From the NCBI GenBank assembly GCA_035221665.1, contig CM069161.1:12524001-12588000 (forward strand): 64,000 bases of DNA, given 5' to 3'. Shown one piece after another: positions 51,004 to 64,000 of this stretch (within the stretch, counting starts at the first letter, position 1; each line of letters opens with the position of its first letter). The position numbers were made by a program, and so were the translations under genes. Under the pieces are notes generated by a model, which did not search any database, was not told the DNA's origin, and saw only the letters and a list, made by a program, of their open reading frames with translations. The stretch is from Okamejei kenojei. Taxonomy: Eukaryota.

Positions 51004-54000
51004 ACCACCTAGGCAAAACAAAAAGCAATTGAGACTTTCAGGAATGATTTGCGAATGGATTGGAACAGAAAATCCGAATGCTGATATTTCAAATACAGCA
51101 TTAATATGAAGTAGCGTTGGGTCACCAAAACGCAGACGATTGTGCTAACATACTAGTGTAATCAGAAACATTTAGGCACATTTTATGATCAGTAATGACT
51201 AATCATAGTTAAACGCTTACAAGACATACATCATTCTAAACATGGAGCAGATAAACGTGTGCCCATGTGCTAATGTATACATATAATAGTGGGAGAAACA
51301 AGGTGAAAACACACACAAATTCGCAAGAAAACTTATACATCCCTTGGAGTCAATATATTTATGTATATAGGTGCGCGGCTGTGTGATAGAAAGCGAGTGG
51401 GAAAGCAAGAGCGATGAGCTCAAATGATGCTATAAGGTTTTATAGACGCTCACATATAAAGGTTAATACACATGGATGGAAGAAAAAATACAGAGAGCGG
51501 TCGGGTTTTTGAGCCGCTCGGTAAGCACCACGTTGGTGACCACCAATATGTTACATGACTTGTTGTGGGTTGGTGATGTATGGGGCGTAAGCCTGGCATC
51601 ACGAGAACAGCAAGATAGGCAGCTAAACAACGGCCTCTTAATGTTAGCTCGTGTATCAACCCGTGCTAAGATGCATCCATAAATTCCAAATGCTGAATAT
51701 AAATAAAATGAGCTTGTTGGCAGCATGCGATGTTTATTTAAGGTCGGCATGCTGCTATGGAGCTAAATAATGGCGCCAAATTAAAATTGCACCACACAGG
51801 GCTGCTGTGATATTACTGCGTTGTTTCATGAAATCGTGCTGCTCATTAAATTAGTGAGAAATGTGTGGCATGGACAAACACATTATTCTTAAAACATATC
51901 TTAAATAGCGTTTCATTTCAATTGGTACCAACAATTTAAATCGTGCCAATCCACTGGCTTTTTCGATTTTCTTGGCATTGTATTGTGCATTTAATTGGGA
52001 ATTTCCTTGTGTTCAACAGGAGGGCAAAGCTATAATATAAAAATATAAAGTAGGCTAACGTTTACCACTTCTCAAGAGGAAAGGGGTAGGTAAACACCAG
52101 GATGCAATTAATAGGGAGGAAGTTGCAATTAATAGGGATCTACCAAAACGGATTTCCTCCGCTACACTCACACACACCAAAGTAGTAAAAAAACTCTGAG
52201 ACAAAGCCATTTCAACACGAGCGGGCAAATCCTTTGTAAAAATAAAAAGGTGATATCTAACGGGATGAATGGTTAGTTCCTTGTTTGTGTCTGGTCTTCC
52301 CTGTGTGGTGTTGAGACCTAAATATATGTTCCAGTGATAGGCTGTTCTTTCGTTCAGACACAGACTTTATTGAGTGTTTACCCATATAATCGGGTGACAC
52401 AAACCAAGAGACCAAACTAGACATCAAGTCACAATGGCGTATAGAAATGTTAGCATTGTTATGGAAATCTGGGACATGTTAGTTACACGTTACACTTTCA
52501 ATCTGAGTCAAAGTATTGTACGTCGGCCTGATGTATCCCTTGTCCGACGAGATAGACAAGAAAAAAACTTACAGGTCAAATTAGCTGATAATTAGGAAGA
52601 GGCATTGGACGTTTTCTAATTTTTAATTGATATTTTGAGCATGAAAATTATTGATAATATTTGGTGGAAGAACGTAAGTTACACGAGGAGTCCAATCGAG
52701 CTATATGGTGGGAAGTTCCGACTTAAAGGTCTTTGGTCTAAGACATGTGGACCTGCCTGGGCTTTGCTACCATTTGACTATAAGAATCTTCATTTGACAC
52801 AATGACTCTTCTGTTTACTTTAGAACCAACGAATCGTTGGACTGTTCTGTGAGAGATCACTCATCGCCGGTTGAATATAATTCCGCAGAGAGCAATATCG
52901 TCCAGAAATGCTTTGTTTTAAAAACATAAGCAAATCGTTAGCTGCATAGAACAGCTGACATGCCAAATTTCTGGACATGATGTGACTTCCCTGTTTCTAT
53001 TTTTAATGGAAATCCATAAAAAGAAAAACTAAACCTAATGACAAACTCCCGCCATCTTTGCTGTTCTGAAGTAATATCAGTTTCACACAAAGAGTTTAAT
53101 GATACCAGGTAGTTGAAGCAATGAAGATCAACTTTTTTACTGAATGGATTTCCGCCTATTTTGAAAGACACAATCCATGCGAATAACAATGGAAAGTGTA
53201 ACGCGACGATATGATTCGATTTAAGTGTATGCATTTGTTCTTCATTTGCAATACGTGCTGTTATTGTTAATTTCGAATAATTGGCGAGACTCAAACTATA
53301 AGTAGAATGCAAACATATAATCACTATCACTTGAGATTTTCCAGCACATTATTAGCAGACGTTATATTGTAATTAATTAACAAACGACTCTGCATTTCAT
53401 TTTAATTTTCAACGTTAATTCTCGATTCTGCTTTGGCGTATTTCATTTCAAGTCCTTGGCACTCTGAACACTTAGTCAAATTAGTCTATTTGTAGTTTTA
53501 ACTCAGGACTGGAGAGACACCCACAGCATACAATCCCCGTGTTGTTAGAAGCACCCTTAATTAATTAAGTTAGTTGAATAACTAAGCTCTTCGTCACATC
53601 ATAAGTAAAGTGAAATGGACAACACACTACCTGTAAAATAAAAGTATCGGAGAAGCCTAGAAGATCTCAGACCCATCAATATCTGTATTTTGTTTTTCTT
53701 TTGAAAAAATTATCTCATGTGGTAAAAAGGTGAAGGAAATGTTAGAATGTTAAATGTGCTTCTATGTATGAAATTTAAATATATATATATATATACCACA
53801 AATTGACATGTATTTCATGTTATCTGACGACACAATATGCAGAAGGAACATTGGTGATACGCTGCAGTTGTTTCAATATCAGACCATGCACACTGGCGTG
53901 AATTAAACGACGTTTTGTGTAACTTTATAAACATACTTGAGGAATGTAATATCCGGAACTATTGTGTTAAATATTGGGAATTGCAATATGAACCTTAGCG

Positions 54001-55611
54001 GGATGGACTTTTTGTAAGAGTTTTTGAATTCTCAGCAAGGTCACGGTCAACCATTAACCGTTTGCATTTAGGTTATGCAGCATTCAGATTGTTCCGGATT
54101 GAAAGCTTTCGGGAAAAGAAGAACCATATTGCATATTCTGCGCTATTTGAGGAACTGTCGACGTTTTAAAACATTTAATCATTTTTTCTAGGACATTAAC
54201 TTACAGCAAGAGTATATGCAAACATGGCGTATTTCCTACGTCCTATAATGTTTATTTCTGTATTTCACAATCAAGATTGTACTCTCTGACCTATGAAATT
54301 GCCATTGGTTTTTCGTTATCCTCTCAGCCCTTTGTAATGGCCCTCTCTTAGAACTATCTGAACTTATACTGTTGACAGGATTTCGTTATTACATTTATTA
54401 TTCACCGTAGATAACAAACTTTTACTACACAGATGGTGGAAAACATGGAAATGTCCTGTGTCTACAATTTGCCAATTGTCACCGTAATGTATCGCATAGC
54501 AATATAACGCAACGGCGGCAGATGCATTTAATAGTGCGAATTAGCTCAAGCAACACGATAGGCAGAGATAATTCGCTTTTTTTTAAATAATGCATGACTT
54601 TATTTTTTATCATTGTGCGTTTCATCAACGTACTGTGAACAACTTAGTGAATGGCAAAATATTGCACAACTTTTTTGCATCACAACTAATAAAATAAATA
54701 TGGAAGTTTTAACTAGTGAAAGAAAAATAAAATGTTTTCCAAGTAGCCTGATGCGTCGGTGGAAAAGAATGTGTGTCCATGTTTTAATTTCTGTCTCTCC
54801 CGCTGCTAGAGGGTTATTTTCTCTCCCTTAACGCGAAAATCTCATCAAAATACATTATGGGCCTTAAAGGTTGCTTTGTAAGGTGAGAACTCACTTTTAA
54901 AAGGATACAGCAGCTTTGCATTTTGCAAGTTGGTATGTGTTTAATAGACTTTAGCGTGATATCTGCAGGATATAAACCTCTTGATCTTAAACTTGTAAAG
55001 CAGGGTGTTTATACCGTTAATTAAATTTTATTTCCTGCGAATACCAAATTCTATCCGTTGCGGAGTAAGCATGACGACGTTCACAGTGCAGCTATTAAGG
55101 TTTCAAGTATATTTACAGTCAAGGCAGAAGGTTCTGGCAATAGGCATAGGGCACAGCGAAGTGAGCTTTGGTTTTGATATATCCCTTTCCAGTTCATTCA
55201 GTTCCATTGATTCACAGTCTAACCGGAAATCCCATGTTCGATGCAGTATGCATTCGAAATAACATTTTCATTTGAACTTAAATCGGCACTGGCCGTGTTT
55301 ATTCATCTATGAGCAATTCCCTTACTTAGGTGCGATTGGAATATATTTTGTTGATCGCATATTTATACTACAGCAATGCAGTACAATGGCCGCGAGATAT
55401 CACAATCGTCTTTAGCACTCAATGATGGGGATTGAGAAAATGTTAAGGGTCCATATCCGCCCAGTAAACAGAGAGCTGAAATTCTGACTCATTCCCCGTT
55501 CCCTACTCAGAAAGTTCGTTGAAACTCCTGGGCATTACACTGTTGGCGGTAAAATAGGGAAAGCCGTTAATTCTTCAGGTCGTTTGACAATTTGTTTTTC
55601 CCGATTGACAG

Positions 55612-55883
55612 AAAGCGCGAAGACCGCGAGTGCGACAAACTGGATGACTGCGAAGGGAGGAAGAAAGAAGCGTTGTCCGTACACCAAGTACCAGACTCTG
55701 GAGCTGGAGAAGGAGTTTCTCTTTAACATGTACTTGACTCGAGAGCGCCGCCTGGAGATCAGTCGGAGCGTGAATCTAACCGACAGGCAGGTCAAAATCT
55801 GGTTTCAAAACAGGAGAATGAAGCTGAAAAAGATGAGCCGAGAGCACAGGATTCGAGAAATATCAACTGCTTTCCCCATCTGA
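55612..55883 (+). CDS. hoxb10: Hox paralogue group 10 homeobox protein (probably HoxB10), exon 2 with homeodomain (55659-55838)
   Basis: Acceptor tttgtttttcccgattgacAG (55610-55611) keeps the frame with exon 1 (712+272=984 nt, 327 aa plus stop). Encodes [69 protein letters not shown], a diagnostic Abd-B class PG10 homeodomain. The B-cluster assignment is inferred from context. Confidence 0.96.
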
Positions 55884-57049
55884 AAGCGGCACTATGCTTC
55901 GATTTGATTAAAGAAGAGACGACGGATAATGTCGTTGAGGAATCCGAAGACTACGACAGCATTGAAGATGGTGAAGGGGAGGGGAGAGGGAAAGGCTGGA
56001 GGGGGGGACATTTGCTAGACACTGGCGACGAGTCACAAGTTCAGGTCTAGTCACCAGAACAAATTGGAACAACTTAAGAGGAAGGGAAATGATGGCATTG
56101 CGAACTTGTAATTTCAATCTAATGGCTTACCTTCTGATAAACACATTTAACAAATACTGAAGGGTCTGTTGTTACTCATGAACCCATTAATTGTCATCGA
56201 TTCATGTAGTGGCATTTCTCATTGTCGTGCCGAATGAAACGGAACGCAAATACCCTAAGCCAATAAGCGGGCTATTTTTTGTTCGTTTTCTTCTTTTAGG
56301 TGCTTATAAACTCTTTTTATCTTATTGTTAATCCAGCATTTATGTATTATGCTTAGAAGACATTATTTTAAGGCAGCGTCCAGTTATTGAAGGACAGTAG
56401 AAAATTGGCAGTTGGTCGAGAACACCATGTAAGCTTCTGACATAATTTGCCCGCAAAAGTATCTGAAGCGTCTATAAAGTATAAATCAACATACCATCAA
56501 AGTACTGGGAGGCACGGACGAGTGGTTATTCAAAGGATGTGGCTCACCAAATTAAATTTGTGGTATTTATTTTACTTACCTTCGGTTTCATCTCGTCTTC
56601 TTTGATTGTAANNNNNNNNNNNNNNNNNNNNNNNNNNNNNNNNNNNNNNNNNNNNNNNNNNNNNNNNNNNNNNNNNNNNNNNNNNNNNNNNNNNNNNNNN
56701 NNNNNNNNNNNNNNNNNNNNNNNNNNNNNNNNNNNNNNNNNNNNNNNNNNNNNNNNNNNNNNNNNNNNNNNNNNNNNNNNNNNNNNNNNNNNNNTGGCGC
56801 AGATGTGAGCGACGCTGGTCATTGTGTGGACATTAATTATCCAGTGAACACTTTTTATTTCCCAAGTCCCAAGTACGAACTAGTCCCAAGTACGACTAAT
56901 GCATTTTTTTCCCGGAGGAATCCAGATATACCCAAATATCTCCCATATAGTTAAATAGAAGAGCATGGGATAACGAAGCAAAGAGGCATTCAGTGCATGC
57001 CGTTCTAATTAAGACTATAACACGCGTCTGTAAGGCGTTCAAGGCAAAA

Positions 57050-57250
57050 TAAATAAGAGTAGGCCTCTAGGCCCCTGGCGCTTGTTCCACCATTTAGTGA
57101 AGTCATGGCTGATCTTTTATCCCAGCGTACTTTCCTGCTCTAATCCCACGTCCCTTGACTCCCTTAATGTCTAAAGCTCAACTGACCTTCGCCTAGAATA
57201 TACCTAGTAACTCATTCTCCACCGCTCTCCTGGGCAGAGAATTCAAACTT
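57050..57250 (-). mobile_element. Old, diverged CR1 3' tail
   Basis: gagtaggcc...ggccc...ccaccattt...tcatggctgatc...tcccttgactccctta...ggcagagaattc is colinear with 19286-19485. Confidence 0.6.
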
Positions 57251-59473
57251 CTCGAAGAACGAAACGATTTGAACATTTTAAACAAAAATCGCTTTGGGAT
57301 CATGCGGACTATCGTGGAGGTTAACACAACATTGTATAATTGAAGCGGCTCAACGTCTGGACTTTCTATTAGCTTAGATTCTGCAGCACGTTAATATAAA
57401 GCATATTAGTTAGTACAACGAAAGGAGCAAGTAACAAGATTGAATTCATCATGATATATAAAAAAAGAATGACCCTCTGAGTTTTTTTTCTGGCAGTGTT
57501 ACTTTGACTGACTTAAAGAGGCTAAAATCAGTCACGAATAAACTTGCACACCTGGCTCATATCTCCTAACCCAAAACAATTTGTAAAGACTCCCGGTAGC
57601 TATTAATTTCATTTTTATTGCGAACTGCTGGTGACCTACACTTTTCCCCCTTGCACCCTGGACCTCAAGGTGAAGTAAATGTTTAACAAGACTGAGTTTA
57701 AAGTTTAGCTTTACTTTCTCACTCTGATCCACACCGAGTGAAGAGCTCCGACCAAACATAAAACAATTTGAGAAACCACTAACTGAAAACGAAATTTTCA
57801 TTCTATTTGCAGACTAATTCCCTCGGCAAATAAAAATATGTACACACACTGCTAATGAAAGTAAAACCAATGAAGGATTCTATAGAATATATGTCGCAGC
57901 GATCACGTGACTATAGAGCAATTGTGGAGAACTCAGCATGTAACACACTATCGGTGCTGATTAGGCCTGTTACACCTTTAGTGGACATTCTACATAACCC
58001 GTGTGTTGTATTGATGAATAAATTGTCTTTTATACATATTAATCAAAATATCTGACATTTAACACATGCAAAGAACATGATCTGTCGTCTCAATTTGTTT
58101 TTCATATGGTGGAGGTTTGTCAGATACGAACTGTGTAACGTTGGATTAAAATGTTATATTTAATTTAAAAATAGTGTAAAAAGAATTGTTATACCAAAGG
58201 TTATTAACTGTGTGTCCATTGCATCTTGTTTATTATCAAGCATACTGAACTCCGCACAACGCCCTTGCAAGAGACGGGGATTAAAAGGAAGTGTCAGTAT
58301 TTGATCCATATAAAAACCCATTCCTCAGTGTTTAGATGAAGTATTTTGTTTTCATGTTGGTCAACAAATGTGGGCAGAAATTCCTCTGTAAAGCATGTTC
58401 TGTATATATCACGGCTTGGAGTCGTTGCATCGTTTCCTAGGCCTTGTTACAGGTCTACATTAAAACGCAATAAAAATAAATAAATAAATCAGTGTTTGTC
58501 AGCATTTCTGTATTTTGAAATCGTGTTTGTTATTTAACGTTTTCAAATCTATTTAAATTTATTGTGGCCATTTAGTGGCTCTCCCTTGAAGCCTGACTCG
58601 TGTATATCATGCACCGTGGTTGGCTGATTGTGGACCCGTGAAATTGACCTGAAATGGACAACTTGATAGTTGAGAGGGAAAACAAGACAGAGAATTCTGA
58701 TTTTCCCAGCCCCAAAGCAACCTCTCGCAGTTTGAAATGTATTTGATATCCGGTGTCGGTGATTTAAATACCATCGAGACGGTCGTAACCTGACTCTGGG
58801 CACCGACGATGCTCCACGGACAATCACGGCGACGTTTGTTAAGTTTTATGGCAGCTAAATGTGTTTGGCAAGTTGCTGTCATGTAGGACCTGTTGGACTT
58901 GGGCAGTTTGGCTGTGAACGGCGCGCCACAAGACATAGCTTTGAGATCAGGATATGGCCATCCTTCTCTTTTCTTGACAACCTGGATCACTTGGCTTTCA
59001 AGATTTTGGAAAACGTGAGGAAAATGGTAGGACATTGTTGTCACGTCAGATATATATTCTGCAGCGACATTTTATAAGACTTTGACTTTGTAGAAATGTG
59101 TACGTTAAGCCTGTCCCAATTAGTTGATGCCAACAGTTCGGTGATTAGCTTAAAAGCTGAAATATTGACCCATCCCTGCGGTATTGAAAGAGATTAGTGA
59201 GGTTTGTGGCTACACTGACCGACAGTGTCATGGCTCAGGCAAAGCAAGGTCAAAATGCTACGGTCCTGCACTATTAGTACAATTCAAAATAGGTAGACAG
59301 GATTCCTGAGCAGGCATTAACTGTTTAATCACCTCTCTTCATATTTCTTATAAATATTTGTTTTTATTATTTGATGTTTAAATAACCGTATCCAGCTGAA
59401 GCATATTTCGCATCGTTGCTCTTTATTTTACTGTTCGGCTCGTTAGGACCAGACACTGGCGCCAGCGAAATTG

Positions 59474-59557
59474 AACTGTTGAGTGACTTAGGTAGTTTCA
59501 TGTTGTTGGGCTTCTGCTTGATCCCAGTGACAAGAAACTGCCTGAATTACCCCAGTT
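59474..59557 (+). ncRNA. mir196: miR-196 precursor hairpin; mature 5p at 59489-59510
   Basis: TAGGTAGTTTCATGTTGTTGGG matches mature miR-196a-5p exactly. Complementary 3p arm CAGTGACAAGAAACTGCCTGAA (59525-59546), basal stem aactg/cagtt, CNNC (catc, 59563-59566) about 17 nt downstream. Canonical position between Hox10 and Hox9. Confidence 0.97.
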
Positions 59558-62500
59558 ATTGACATCGCAAAACTTTTGGATTTTAAAATTAAAAAAAGTG
59601 GAGTCGCTGGCATTTGCGACGAAGAAATAAGAGTGTACATATGTATCAACGTGGTGCAGACGGATGATGTCTGTAACAAGGCCTGGTGCGGATTGTTCTT
59701 GAAGATGAACCGACGTATCAAACTGTCTAATTGTCTCTAATACGATGCATGCATAGAGGGTAACATAACCTCTGTGCAATCAAATAACTTCGCATATTAA
59801 CTCGTTCAACAGTAATATTTTTCTCAAAGCTAAATATATAGTTGTGGAATTGTGTAGTGGTGGCTAATTGTTCGATTAACTTGTCTAATCCTCAGAATCC
59901 AGCATTCTAGGTGGGAAGAAAGGCGAATTAATAATGTACAGACATTCATATACATATAAATATATAATATGTGTACATGTTTGCGTGTGTCTGTGTGTGT
60001 GTATATGTGTGTGCACTCGCGCNNNNNNNNNNNNNNNNNNNNNNNNNNNNNNNNNNNNNNNNNNNNNNNNNNNNNNNNNNNNNNNNNNNNNNNNNNNNNN
60101 NNNNNNNNNNNNNNNNNNNNNNNNNNNNNNNNNNNNNNNNNNNNNNNNNNNNNNNNNNNNNNNNNNNNNNNNNNNNNNNNNNNNNNNNNNNNNNNNNNNN
60201 NNNNNNNNNNNNNNNNNNNNNNNNNNNNNNNNNNNNNNNNNNNNNNNNNNNNNNNNNNNNNNNNNNNNNNNNCAACCTTCACAATACAATGTATAATTAT
60301 TTGGTATATATTTATGTCCGTATCTGTGTCTGTGTGTCGGTGTATTTATACACAGACACGCGTACACATACATATATAGCCACTAATTAACTATACATTG
60401 TATTATGAAGGTTAAAGTTCGTGAGTCGTATCTGTGAAGTCATGGCTTAGAGAAAAACTGATTCGTATTGCTAAATGTATTTCCCTGTTTAGTGGCAGAG
60501 AATATAGAGGCGCTGATAAACGGCATTGTCCACTTTATAGTATATTTGCGTTGTTTCATCAGGTAGCTTGATCAAATTTAAATTATAATGTAAGAAAACA
60601 TAATTTAACATATGAGATTGTGAATGTAAACACGTTCCATGCGACCAATCATAAGGCAATATGTGTGGCTTTGCAGTTCTGATATTTTCGGTTCCAAGAT
60701 GTAATCTATCCGAGCATGTATTAATGTATAGTATACAATCAGTAACAATGATTGTTCAGAGCTTTATACTGAACAAATGCAGATGGATACTATGCTTGGT
60801 GGGGATATGCAACTGGTTCATAACATAAGGGGAAAAGACCGCCTCCGTTTGGACCATTTGGGGAGGGTTGGTTTTTCGCTCCTCACATTCCCGTTTCAGC
60901 GATATCTTAAAAAAATTGAAGTTTGGCTAGCAGTTCCACAATTCGTTGATTTTAACTTTGTCAGTGTACAATCTGGTCCGCCGGCAAAATTATTATCGGC
61001 TCCTGCGCAAAACACTCCAAATACGTCACCTGGTCGCATGTGATTATGGAAGGGAATTAAATTAAAGGATGTTAGTATCAATTAGACGTTATATGTGGTT
61101 CGGCCATGTGTTATAACTGTATAACTCTCTTATCCTCATGAGTTGAATGCTATTTATTACAAACGAGCTTCGTTTGTTTTGCCTGCTCATCTGCATATTT
61201 TCAATGCACCATTACATGTACCAAGCCGAGGGAGACAGCAGGAACTCGTTATTGTTAAAGATGCCGGGCGTTTTAAACTTCATTTAGACTCTTAGACTTG
61301 CACAGCTTGGTAGTAGCCAGGAGCAAATGGCTTAATATCTTATGCATTTAGGTTTGATATAAACCTCTTTCTTTAAATCTAAATGCGGCGATCCCACCCC
61401 AATGGTTTGCAGCGACCCCGAACGACAGGACTTTTCTTATTCATGATGCTGGCGCTGGAGACAAACGCCATTTTTTTGGTTGGCAGCGACCTGGATATGT
61501 GGTGTAAAAGTCTTTAAAATATAATCGCATCTGCGTGGAATGTACTGAAAATGCCCATTGATCTGCACTGGTTGAACATAGATTCGCATTAGGGCTCTGG
61601 TACACAGAAATTTGTCGCGTAAATCTAGCCATAAATGTCTTTGTCTTTTTACAGTCTAAATCTTAAAAATGCGGTTGTTACTACTCATGCCCAAGTTACA
61701 ATGTGCCTCCGTTCTCGCATTTAGAAACTGTTACCTTCTGTATTTGAAACATATTTGACTGGCTACATAAAATAAAAAAAAACAGGTTTTGTCGCTAGCT
61801 CTCTAATGGTCTAGAGTGTCATAATTATTTTTACTTTGTTAACAGTGAAAGTCTAATCGCTATGAAGATCTGTGAAAAACGAGGTTTTTTTTGTGTTTAA
61901 ATATGTTATTTGCGAAAATGAGGCGATGCAATCTCTAAAGACGCATCTGGAATTTCATAGTTCTGATTTGCGCCAGTGTTGTTATCGCTTTAAGAGAGAG
62001 ACAGTCGGAGTCCTTGAAGCTGCAGTTGAACATGTGCACACCAACAGCCAAGCGGTTTTTCATTGTAAATGGGTACCCACAAATAACAATCGTGTACCTT
62101 GCCGTGCTTCGAATGGCCAGAAAGAAGAACTTTATTTTTTATAAATAAAATAACTATATTATCAATGGCTTCACAGTGCCAACACTTGATTAACTTCAGG
62201 AGGTATCATCATTTTATAAACCTCTTTTGGGTGTCAATGGAAATAAATATCCATGAAAAGCATATTTACTTACGACGATCAGTTCTTTATTAAAAAAGTT
62301 TACGCCATGAAAATATGTAATTTCCCCCTAGATTTGACCATAGCTGTTGCAGACAAGATCACCTCTTATTTCATAAGATTTATAACATGAATCAGAAAAT
62401 GTAGATGTGATGTATTTAGCCCTAATCCAAACGCAGTTTTCACGCAAAATTACAGGCCCGCTTGTTTTGGTTGCATGACTTGTTTGTTGAAAGTATGGCT

Positions 62501-64000
62501 AATTATTTCACAAGATAATATTCATATAACATTCAAACTAATGTAATTAAGATGGGCAGTATTTAAGAGGAAAATATTCTCAAAATGTATTCTTTGTTTA
62601 TTACTGCACTTTTGAAAGTATAGTGGGTGCAAAGTCAACGTTTATACGAAGAGTACAGAGGACAGAATAACAACATTATATTTATTTACATACAAGACAA
62701 ATGTATATATCTAATATGTCAATAAAATGATGTACATTTGCAAATATATACCCAAGGATAGTAAACAGTATATAGAATCAGTTTTGTGTTGATCTGATAA
62801 ATATTTAGCTGATATGTCTTCAATGTCCGTTATAACTTATTCGGGCCCATCCTGTAGTTAATAATCCGTTTAAAATGAAGTTAAGAATCTTTCCGGAGTA
62901 AGATTATCAGAGCGTAGTTAACATATTTAACAAATGCACAAATATTAGCTTTAATTTATAATCGTTTAAAAAATGAGAGGTCGACAGGCCAATGGCAGTC
63001 TGAAAGCCCATTGAGAGCCATTAATACGGCTTTAAGTTTAAAGACTTGAATGTTAATAAGCTGGTACTTGGGACCAAGCGACTGAACTTCTCTGCATAAA
63101 ATGTATTTTCGCGTCAGGGCTGAGTCATCAAAGTTTGGCAAAAAAAAAAGATCTGTGGTATATATAAACGGTTCGTCACACAGTCCTTTGCCTTCACCAT
63201 AACATGTCCTGCGATTTGACTTTGTATTAGCTAAATCCAACCACGTCTAGTTTTTTTTTGTGCTAGAAGCATAACAAAGTTAAACATTTTCAGTTTTTTG
63301 AGGATGAGTGAATTTAAAAAGATGTGTGAAAAGTTGGATGGTTCTATCAGGATTCCCCCAGTATTTCAGTATTCCTCCATTCTTCACGACGTTACATTTT
63401 GTCTTTATTTGAGTATTTCGCTGTGAACAAGGTCAAAAGAGATTTCGAGATTTCCACTCTGAATTTCTTGTCAATTTCTTCCCGGATTCCAATTACTTCC
63501 TTTGCTGGCATTCATTCTCGCGGAAAGGACGACCTCCCCCCAAAAAAATCAGATATGAAAGATAACAAGAGAGGACGTGGCTTTAAATTAACCACTTTTA
63601 ACAATTGATACATATATTTGAATCACTTCACAATAATTCGCTGATTCGCCGTGGGTCCGGCTGACCTCGGTCGAGACTTCCCATACATGTAAAGTAGCCT
63701 TGTTAGGGAATTAAAACGCAAAATCCTGTGATTTAGAGTATTATGAAGCAATGCAGTTAATTTATGGGTCAGCTTCAAAATAAGTAAAATCGGAACAAAA
63801 GGAACATGAACAATAAGTTATCATTAAATTAATCGAGTCCAGTAATATCCAAATAAGAATTTTGTCCAAATTAAAATATGATGGAGAACTATAAAGTCTT
63901 GACTTGTGAATTATTAGGAAGAACACTTTCACCGCAAACCTCTCTGTGTAAAGCTTTCAACATATTGAACTCACATGCATCTTGTTACCAGCACTGGTTT

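Noticed and set aside
53617-53632. miR-196 seed match ACTACCT
   Set aside because: It is intronic rather than in the 3' UTR, and a 7-mer is expected by chance.
58626-58665. DR5 retinoic acid response element at TGACCT
   Set aside because: The second half-site (ggacaa) does not match.

Overview
Eukaryotic genomic DNA, most likely from a cartilaginous fish (skate/ray/shark, inferred from HE1/V-SINE- and HER1/CR1-like repeats), covering the posterior part of a Hox cluster. The only protein-coding gene is a two-exon paralogue-group-10 Hox gene on + (49979-50690 and 55612-55883, 327 aa). It is best called HoxB10: no Hox11/12 lies in the 50 kb upstream, and a miR-196 hairpin follows at about 59.5 kb. 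The first ~48.5 kb is a gene desert full of retroelement debris (CR1, L2 and Rex/Babar-like LINEs, tRNA-derived SINEs, Penelope-like elements); the last ~15.5 kb is almost free of transposable elements (TEs). The most striking structure is a high-copy, short, Penelope-derived cassette carrying a minimal hammerhead-ribozyme-like core (CTGAAGA-stem-loop-GAAACGTH). It occurs as solo, fold-back and tandem copies, often with 9-27 bp flanking duplications. Nearly all other ORFs in the track are spurious. There are five N gaps: 32359-32521, 42462-42716, 43571-43970, 56612-56794 and 60023-60272. All calls were made by eye, with no database searches, and TE boundaries are approximate.
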